This document shows, one piece after another, positions 43,901 to 51,407 of a stretch of 51,407 nt of DNA. Numbering within the stretch: the first letter of the stretch is position 1; each line of letters begins with the position of its first letter. Both the position numbers and the translations under genes were made by a program. The notes beneath the pieces are model-generated. The model did not search any database. It was given only the letters and a program-made list of their open reading frames with translations, and was not told the DNA's origin. The stretch covers positions 1-51,407 of the IMG/VR virus record IMGVR_UViG_3300025723_000058. The stretch is one strand, 5' to 3'. The DNA is from a virus (Duplodnaviria; Caudoviricetes).

Positions 43901-46900
43901 TTAAACTGTTACTAATGTTACTAATAATACAGCGTTTGAATTTGGTTCGACTACTGGAGTGCTGAAATTAACATGTGTTACGTCTTGATAGTTTCCACCA
44001 AAATAGTAACCACCCTTAACATCATTTTTATTGATTGTTCCACCGAAATGATTAATCTTATACGCACCTATTTCACCACTGATTACCTTAGTATAATCGA
44101 AGGCTGTTGTAGATGATACCGCTAAAGAAATAGTATCGTTATTATTATTTAATACAACATACGGTAAACTACCAATACCATATGTTGCGGATGTGTTGTT
44201 TATTGTATAAGGTGAAACTGGTATACTTAATACATTATCAGGTCCTATTTTATTTAATAATCTAGTTGTTGTTCCGCCTATTTCGTTAACAGTAATAGTT
44301 AAATATTTACTATTATCGAATGAAGGTGCTTGGTTATTACCGAATAGATAATAAACTACTCTAGGGACATTAAATGTTGCTGTCGCTGAACATTGATTAT
44401 CTGTTGTTGTGGCGGTTACAGTATATGTTGAACCTGGTATTGGATTCACCGTTTGACCAGACACTATTGTTGAATTAATATTGTTTGACCAAACATAATT
44501 AATGTTACTTGGTGAAGAAGGTACTAACGCTATTAAAGATGAATAATCATAATATGTTGTACCATTTACTTCATATACATTAATTGGTGAAATAACAACT
44601 GATAAGTTGCATTGTTGTGTTGGAACAGTAACAGATAATGAGTTATGGCAACCATAAATATCAACAACATTTATTTGATATGTTCCACCAGATAATCCAT
44701 AAATAGTTACTGATTGATTATCATTCATTGTACCACTTTGTATTATAGATGTACCACTTACCGCTGAATATGAAATAACATTAGTTAAACCGCCATGAAC
44801 ACTTTCAGCACCGTAATCTTTTACAATAAATGTTATTGAACCATCACCAAGTAAATATGATGATTCAATCGTTGTTGCACTTATAAAGATATTACATGCT
44901 GTTTCGCCAACAGTAAATGTTGTGCTGGCACTACAATTGTACATATCAATAACACTCAATGTGTATGTATCAGCTGAAAGATTATTAAATGTTGGTAAAT
45001 TTAATTGATTTTGACCCTGTGATACAATAGAATTTGTCATTGAACTCAATGTATAGCTAATAGGGTAATTTGCACCATTTAATGTTGTTATTACATAACC
45101 ACCAGAATTATTAGGGTACGCATCATTATTTAAACTTGATGTTAATGTTAATGTACATGTATCTAAAGAAATTGTTTCGATTGCAACGGCAGAACAACCT
45201 CTTGAATCAGTAACGCTCAATGTATATGTATCGGCAGATAAATTCGTAAATGTTGGTATTGATGAAACTAAACCCTCACTATAAACTAACATATTCGAGT
45301 TAGATGCACTTAATGTATATGTAAAATTACCAACGTTACCAATTAATGTACTTGTTAAAATACCGCCAGTATTATTAGGGTATGCATTATTTGCAACAAA
45401 CATTGTTAACTCTAAATTACATACAAAATTAGCGGTTGACGTAACAGTACCAATAAATTCTGAACCGCTATTATATTGAATAATATAACCACGATTGAAT
45501 GTATCATTAGCTTGTTGGTTCATAAATTGCGAAACATTGCTTGAACCGCTAACAATAACGCTTGTTGTAATATCAACATTACATGTAATACCTGAACATG
45601 GACTTAATACTGGAATAACTTTATCTGTTGTACCCAGTAATAATGTTGAATTTCGATATTTAAACTTTTGTGAATCAAATAAATGATTACCGTAAACTTT
45701 ACTAGAGGCCCAAATTGTTGTTGATGGCATTACTTGTTCTATAATATCTACCCAGTATCCACCAATTAATTTTGAAAAATTAATCATTGCAACGTAATCA
45801 AATTGATTAGATTGTTTACCAGAATAATTTAAAGCGTTCATATACCTATCGTATAATAACCTAAGTGTTGGGTATGCTGATATTGTTTTTCTATTCTTAG
45901 CGTCAATAAGTTCAGATTCTATATATTTTTCGAAGTTTTCAACCGTTGTTACCGCACTTAATGATTCAGTCATTAAATCGTTAATATCAATAGGTTTATC
46001 ACCACAACTATCACTTACACAAACCTCATTTGAGTTACAATTATCAATTTCAATCATCATTGTACCCACTGTTGTACCAGTTAGTAATGAAGGATTATTT
46101 AAAATGTAATTCCAAACATCTGTCTCCACAGCCTTAGCTATATCAATGTTTAAATCAATTTCTTTAGTATTTATAACTTGTAAACCATTATCCAATCTAT
46201 AATCTGTTTGTCTTTTAGATACTAAATTATTAATATTTAAGACATCAAATTTACGCTCTTCTGGTGAGTTTGTTAATACCCAAGATTTTTTATTATCAAT
46301 AATTTTCTTTAGTTCAAAACCTGGTGATTGACTCACAAAAATATCATTTCTACTAATATGTTTACAATTTCTATTTATCTCAATATTATCTAACAAAACA
46401 TATGTATTAATTGAAGTTCCGCTTACCGTTACACTAATATTAATGTTTTGATTAGTGATTGCCGATATGATTGTTTCGTCAGTTATTTTTTTATTATAGT
46501 TTGCCCATGTTGATGATAAACCAGATAGAATAATACTATCATAGTCGGATGTTAACGCTGAAAATCCTGATTGTTGTTTTAAAACATTGAAGATAGCACT
46601 TAATGCTGTTGAACAATTAGACAATGGTAAATTATTATTTGTTACTGGATAACAAGTATCATCATTTGGTACTTCACCGCATAAATATAATCCTGTTGAT
46701 GCACCGCTTAATGTTGTTAAATAGTTAAACGTATTACCACTACCTATTGGTGTAAAAAGTTGTTCTGAATAAACGGATGTATAGCTAATTGTTGGACCGT
46801 TATTTACAACATTCAAATCTACGGATGCTCCAATTGATTCAATTAAATTAAGTATATTTGAATTAGTTGGATTTGTGTTTAGGAAAGTTAATAAGTCGGC

Positions 46901-47056
46901 GCAGTCGAATTTGAATAAATAATCAAAACTAATGTCTAACGTACAAACTTCGTCTGGTGTAACAATAAACATTTCACCACTATTACCATTTGGATTTAAA
47001 ATGATATTAAATGGAGGATTATATGTTAAATTCTTGCTGTTGTATAAACTTGCCAT
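43901..47056 (-). CDS. Large structural protein with SprB/Ig-like repeats
   Basis: Three NLSADTYTLSVxD..GC-type repeats. Confidence 0.7.
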   Translation of the reverse strand: MASLYNSKNLTYNPPFNIILNPNGNSGEMFIVTPDEVCTLDISFDYLFKFDCADLLTFLNTNPTNSNILNLIESIGASVDLNVVNNGPTISYTSVYSEQLFTPIGSGNTFNYLTTLSGASTGLYLCGEVPNDDTCYPVTNNNLPLSNCSTALSAIFNVLKQQSGFSALTSDYDSIILSGLSSTWANYNKKITDETIISAITNQNINISVTVSGTSINTYVLLDNIEINRNCKHISRNDIFVSQSPGFELKKIIDNKKSWVLTNSPEERKFDVLNINNLVSKRQTDYRLDNGLQVINTKEIDLNIDIAKAVETDVWNYILNNPSLLTGTTVGTMMIEIDNCNSNEVCVSDSCGDKPIDINDLMTESLSAVTTVENFEKYIESELIDAKNRKTISAYPTLRLLYDRYMNALNYSGKQSNQFDYVAMINFSKLIGGYWVDIIEQVMPSTTIWASSKVYGNHLFDSQKFKYRNSTLLLGTTDKVIPVLSPCSGITCNVDITTSVIVSGSSNVSQFMNQQANDTFNRGYIIQYNSGSEFIGTVTSTANFVCNLELTMFVANNAYPNNTGGILTSTLIGNVGNFTYTLSASNSNMLVYSEGLVSSIPTFTNLSADTYTLSVTDSRGCSAVAIETISLDTCTLTLTSSLNNDAYPNNSGGYVITTLNGANYPISYTLSSMTNSIVSQGQNQLNLPTFNNLSADTYTLSVIDMYNCSASTTFTVGETACNIFISATTIESSYLLGDGSITFIVKDYGAESVHGGLTNVISYSAVSGTSIIQSGTMNDNQSVTIYGLSGGTYQINVVDIYGCHNSLSVTVPTQQCNLSVVISPINVYEVNGTTYYDYSSLIALVPSSPSNINYVWSNNINSTIVSGQTVNPIPGSTYTVTATTTDNQCSATATFNVPRVVYYLFGNNQAPSFDNSKYLTITVNEIGGTTTRLLNKIGPDNVLSIPVSPYTINNTSATYGIGSLPYVVLNNNNDTISLAVSSTTAFDYTKVISGEIGAYKINHFGGTINKNDVKGGYYFGGNYQDVTHVNFSTPVVEPNSNAVLLVTLVTV

Positions 47057-47060
47057 GTTA

Positions 47061-49106
47061 TTAATTACCTTTTATTAGAATGCTTACTGCTTTAGCTTGA
47101 TTAGGTTTTGGACATCCAAAACATGTACTCTCTAAGCGATTATATGGGTCATCAATTATAGTAATGTCAGTATTATTTGTGACATCAGTATTTGTTGAAT
47201 CAATTATGTTAATATATGTACCACCACTATATAAGTCAAAGGTACCTGAATTATAATTTGTAAATAAATTAATTGTATCGGTTGTTTCAGTAGATGATGA
47301 GATTGTTACTGCACTAAAATTGGGAATCAATTTTCTAAATTGATTGATATATGTGTAACCGCCATCATAAGGACCAATATGTGGGTTATTACCGCTTGTA
47401 ATATCCAAAGTTGAGTTTTGACCACCTGTTTCTCTGTACCATAATCCTTTTGATTGGAAATACATGCTTGGAGTATTGCTTAAAGGCTTCGGATTTCCAC
47501 TAATACTTACTGGATAAACAGATATATCAGGATTAAGATTATTAAGGCTTAAAACGCTTCTAAATACATCCATATCAATAACATTTTGCGCAACATAAAC
47601 GTACTCATTAAATGTTATTAATCCTTGCGGTGTACCAATGAATTTAAATAAAAATTCAATCGCTTTTCTAGTACCTTTGGATTTCCATATCCATGGGGAA
47701 TTTAATATTATTCGCCTCCAAAGCTCAATATCAGCTTCAACCATTGTAAGACCGACAGATTGGCCAGCATATGTTGTTGGTCTTGGGTGTAAATAGTTTT
47801 TAAGTAAATCATTCTCTAAAATAGATGATACCAAATTCCAACCTAAAATATTAGCTAAACTCTTTAAGTATACATCTGGAGTATTATCATTCTTATCATA
47901 TGACACTGTATTAACAAATCTTATACCTTGAATAAAGCGATTAATTTCATCAAATTCAACGCCATAGATTGTCAATGTTTTATTCATTTTTTGGTCGGTA
48001 GAGTCTTGATTATATGAGTCAACAACAACGCTTGATGTGTCAAATTCTGTTATTGATTCAGTAACCAAAAATCTAACCATTAAATTACTTGTCGTATCAT
48101 CGAAATCAGTTGATATAGTTAATAATTTATTAGCGTATGCAGCATATGCATCAGTATCAAAATCTATGTTATATCCATCACTTGTCGGCCAAGTAATACT
48201 ATCCTTTGTATAAACTATAGCACCAGTATCGGTTTTAACTGTAAAGTTAAATTGTGCTGTAAATTTAGGTGTTGTAAACCTATTTAAAAGGTAATATTGA
48301 AAGTCTGGTAATGAATTATAGAAAAAATCCTCTTGGGCTTTATTTGGTTTAATATGATATGTTAAATAGCCATTACTCATACCTGAAAAACAATCACCGC
48401 TCACACTTATATTAACAATATCATTAGTTGTATATGTTGAACCAGTAAAACCGATAATAGGATATTCATTACCGCCATACAAAATTGAATATTGATTATA
48501 ATTTAAAGCTATATTCCTAACGGTATTACTAGCGTTAAATGTGTTTAATAATGAACCTTTAGCTAAGTAATTTAATTGGAAGTTATTTACTATCACATTA
48601 GTACTAACCATAAAGTTTGATACTTGAGTAATAGGGTTATAGGTGTAATTTTGAAATGTTACACCACTTTGAGTAATGTAATCTGGTGGTAATGAATAAA
48701 CTGGATTTACATATAATGATGCTGGCCAATTTGTGATTATACCTTCAAGTGCTACCCTGATATATTCCGATAATGAATTAAATAAAACGTAATTCTTAAG
48801 TTCTCGCTTGTCAAGATTCAATATAACACCTTTATTATTGGTGAGTATATCAATGCTTGATTGTTGGCTTGAATTAAGACTGTTTAACGTTGTATATTGT
48901 GAAAAATTATTAGTTACAAAAATTTTATCAACCTTTGGGTCAAGATTTGTAGTAACATAAAAGTTACCCATGGTAAACAATGGGGTACCACCATTACTAG
49001 CCAGTTGTAAACCAACTAAATCAGGTGTAAATGGGGTATATTCAATTGAATTATTATATACCACTTTCTGTGCGTAACCAAGTACTTTTATTCTATTACT
49101 ACTCAT
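47061..49106 (-). CDS. Baseplate-wedge-like structural protein
   Basis: WKSKGTRKAIEFLFKFIG motif. Confidence 0.65.
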   Translation of the reverse strand: MSSNRIKVLGYAQKVVYNNSIEYTPFTPDLVGLQLASNGGTPLFTMGNFYVTTNLDPKVDKIFVTNNFSQYTTLNSLNSSQQSSIDILTNNKGVILNLDKRELKNYVLFNSLSEYIRVALEGIITNWPASLYVNPVYSLPPDYITQSGVTFQNYTYNPITQVSNFMVSTNVIVNNFQLNYLAKGSLLNTFNASNTVRNIALNYNQYSILYGGNEYPIIGFTGSTYTTNDIVNISVSGDCFSGMSNGYLTYHIKPNKAQEDFFYNSLPDFQYYLLNRFTTPKFTAQFNFTVKTDTGAIVYTKDSITWPTSDGYNIDFDTDAYAAYANKLLTISTDFDDTTSNLMVRFLVTESITEFDTSSVVVDSYNQDSTDQKMNKTLTIYGVEFDEINRFIQGIRFVNTVSYDKNDNTPDVYLKSLANILGWNLVSSILENDLLKNYLHPRPTTYAGQSVGLTMVEADIELWRRIILNSPWIWKSKGTRKAIEFLFKFIGTPQGLITFNEYVYVAQNVIDMDVFRSVLSLNNLNPDISVYPVSISGNPKPLSNTPSMYFQSKGLWYRETGGQNSTLDITSGNNPHIGPYDGGYTYINQFRKLIPNFSAVTISSSTETTDTINLFTNYNSGTFDLYSGGTYINIIDSTNTDVTNNTDITIIDDPYNRLESTCFGCPKPNQAKAVSILIKGN

Positions 49107-49108
49107 TA

Positions 49109-50026
49109 TTAAACTGTTGTGATTGTACTAAAATTCTTACTAAAATCTATGTTATTTCTTTGTTCTCTAATTTCAAATAATGGAACCCCACTAAATGAAT
49201 CCTTAATTTCATATAAGTCATATTGAGCATATATCTGATTACTAAAGTTGTATATGGTATATATGCCATCTTCAAGTGATTTACTTTGATTACCAAAGAT
49301 ACCATACGCCAATGTTTCAATGTCATTATCAACTAATTCTAATTCAATCATAATAGGGTTAAAAAATGTATTTGTTATAATAACTTGTTGATTTGGTTGA
49401 CCGATAAATGGTACCGCATTTGCATTTACTATAGATGATGAATTAGGTGTAACTGTACAGAAAACCAATGTTGAATTATCGTTAAAACGATACCTAATTG
49501 CTTTTTGGTTTGAATCAGTTAAATTTTGGTTAACCGCCTCAGCTCTATTATTTGATGTAATTATAGTGAATGTGTTGTTCACTTTGGCATCTGTGGCGGT
49601 CAAATTTAAATATTCAACTCTATAACCAATTAAACCATTATTTTCAAATCTGTTTGTTAGGTTTGTAGGTATTGAAGAAGTGTCAAATAATAACCCTTTA
49701 ACATTAGGATAGGCAGATAATACACCAATATCAACGATTGAGGTTCTAATTTCAATCGGTTTAATGATTATTGTATAAAATCCTTTAGCGTTAAAAATAT
49801 TAACTGGTAATTTCAAGGTATAAAGTCCACCAAACATCTCAAAACCGCTTACATTTGATTGTGTACGATTTGGGTTATTAACCTTAATTAAAACATCACT
49901 AGTATTGGTAATTTTAGTTAGACCATTACTTTGTGTATCCCTAGACGGTGTGTAATCATAAAAAATTTCAATATCATCTGGGGTTACATCCGCAGGTCTG
50001 ATTATACCATATGTTCCACTGGCCAT
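49109..50026 (-). CDS. Putative structural protein
   Basis: Context and composition. Confidence 0.65.
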   Translation of the reverse strand: MASGTYGIIRPADVTPDDIEIFYDYTPSRDTQSNGLTKITNTSDVLIKVNNPNRTQSNVSGFEMFGGLYTLKLPVNIFNAKGFYTIIIKPIEIRTSIVDIGVLSAYPNVKGLLFDTSSIPTNLTNRFENNGLIGYRVEYLNLTATDAKVNNTFTIITSNNRAEAVNQNLTDSNQKAIRYRFNDNSTLVFCTVTPNSSSIVNANAVPFIGQPNQQVIITNTFFNPIMIELELVDNDIETLAYGIFGNQSKSLEDGIYTIYNFSNQIYAQYDLYEIKDSFSGVPLFEIREQRNNIDFSKNFSTITTV

Positions 50027-50027
50027 A

Positions 50028-50858
50028 TTATAAATTTATTAATTGTTCTTTTGTTATTGAGCATTTTGCTCTTTTAAGTAAATTTTCTTCCCATGGAATA
50101 AATTCTAAATTATTTATGCTTCCAATAATTTCTGGTTTAATATTATTTTTAAAACCTTCAATAATTGAAAATTTATGGTCTAAATGGTACGCACCGTTCA
50201 CCCCAGATTTACCTCTTTTATCATAATTTATTAAGTTTTCAATAGGTTGTTTATTTGTAATTCGTTTTACCGCTAATTCATATTTATAATATTCATCAAT
50301 TTTATCAATAAAATCACAATATGGTATACCACGATACCTTTTAACTAAACCAGCTGATACACCAATACTTTTATTTCGCCTAAATCCAGAATTATTTAAA
50401 AATTTATTAATATATGATTCGGTTAATCCAGTTTCTAATGATATTTCATAACAATTTTTATACTCATTAAGATATAAATTTTTAATTTTTTCTTTTTGTT
50501 CTTCAGTTAAAATTAATTTAACACCATTACTATTACCAACCCTTAATATATTATTTTTTTTTAATAAATCTTTAATTGGTGTTTTTGATACATTAAATAA
50601 TTTTGCAATTTTTTCACATGAAAAACCATTTAAATACAAATCTTTAATCTTTTCAATTTCTAAATTTGAAAATTCTTTTTTAATACTATCTCTACCTTCA
50701 ATCCAAACATTATTATTAATTAATATTTCTTTTATATTATTTTTTTTACGACCTAATTCAGTTGCTATTTTAGTAAATGATATACCAGATTTATATTTTG
50801 AAATAATTATTTTAATTTCAGATATATCATATTCTTTTTTTGTATATTGATTACTCAT
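50028..50858 (-). CDS. HNH-type endonuclease with three N-terminal HTH repeats
   Basis: G.S..KIA repeats; YHLDHKFS...NLEFIPWEEN..K. Confidence 0.8.
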   Translation of the reverse strand: MSNQYTKKEYDISEIKIIISKYKSGISFTKIATELGRKKNNIKEILINNNVWIEGRDSIKKEFSNLEIEKIKDLYLNGFSCEKIAKLFNVSKTPIKDLLKKNNILRVGNSNGVKLILTEEQKEKIKNLYLNEYKNCYEISLETGLTESYINKFLNNSGFRRNKSIGVSAGLVKRYRGIPYCDFIDKIDEYYKYELAVKRITNKQPIENLINYDKRGKSGVNGAYHLDHKFSIIEGFKNNIKPEIIGSINNLEFIPWEENLLKRAKCSITKEQLINL

Positions 50859-50902
50859 TTCTTTTTATTTTTAATATACGTTAATACTTTTATAAGTAAA
50901 AA

Positions 50903-51407
50903 TTACTCTTTTGTTAAGTTAAAAAATCCATTACCATACCTAGATAATTCGCCAAGTGTAGTAACTTCTGATAATTTCATGTGTTTTTCAAAGACATTTG
51001 TTATACCTCTATCTATAAATACATCACTTTTAACTTCTGGTATTGATGTAATACCAAATAGATAATCATTTATTTTAGTGATGGCGGATAATGACGTATT
51101 AGTACTATTTAACCCCTCGCCAACATATGAAATTGTTGTTATATTTGTACCAGTGAAATCTTGATATAGTATTCCACTAGATTGTTTTGTTGTACCACTA
51201 TTAACATCGTATTTATCAACCCCAAAGGAATATGTAATTGGGTTAGATAATGAAGTTACCACATCAACACCACTAATTGTTTTTCCGATAAAATTAATAT
51301 AATCCTCGCTGTTAACATAAAAACCTACTTGATATGGTGATTGTAAGCTATATGTTTTAACATCGTCAAGATATGATTGTGTATTACCAGTTATTACTTT
51401 ATTATCG
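50903..51407 (-). CDS. Putative structural protein, 5'-truncated
   Basis: Frame open from window end to stop at 50903. Confidence 0.65.
   Translation of the reverse strand, partial: DNKVITGNTQSYLDDVKTYSLQSPYQVGFYVNSEDYINFIGKTISGVDVVTSLSNPITYSFGVDKYDVNSGTTKQSSGILYQDFTGTNITTISYVGEGLNSTNTSLSAITKINDYLFGITSIPEVKSDVFIDRGITNVFEKHMKLSEVTTLGELSRYGNGFFNLTKE

Noticed and set aside
1-51407. Stop-codon reassignment
   Set aside because: Long genes are intact in code 11, and TGA and TAG both end genes at coupled junctions (e.g. 510, 14191, 43647).
1-51407. CRISPR array, integrase or transposon
   Set aside because: No regularly spaced repeats and no recombinase or transposase motifs seen; the PD-(D/E)XK gene lacks the Cas4 cysteine cluster and any cas context.

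Overview
AT-rich segment of a large (jumbo-type) tailed bacteriophage genome, almost all coding on the minus strand. The host is probably Bacteroidota, judged from recurrent TAnnTTTG -7 promoter elements, a short Bacteroidota-type primary sigma factor and an Hc1 histone-like gene. Left to right: lipoprotein, ART-like and metabolic genes (1-3.9 kb); a 3.7 kb array of about 24 tRNA/tRNA-like genes with an HNH endonuclease; a second small ncRNA cluster; tmRNA with a GIY-YIG endonuclease; ClpP, DnaJ and a TROVE/vWA (DUF2828-like) gene; probable virion and lysis genes; sigma factor; SbcCD, PD-(D/E)XK nuclease, primase, RuvC-like resolvase; and a tail/baseplate block. Main result: the large tRNA array is preceded by a promoter, a 34-codon leader ORF, an antiterminator-capable hairpin and an intrinsic terminator. 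28 of the 34 leader codons (20 of the first 21) specify the eight amino acids whose tRNAs lie downstream, suggesting ribosome-mediated attenuation that switches on phage tRNAs when host tRNAs fail. The array also holds many structurally non-canonical tRNAs, and a stem+CWGCAA RNA element occurs three times, once directly behind the Ro60-like gene. All RNA folds were done by eye, boundaries may be off by 1-3 nt, and no database or literature searches were run.
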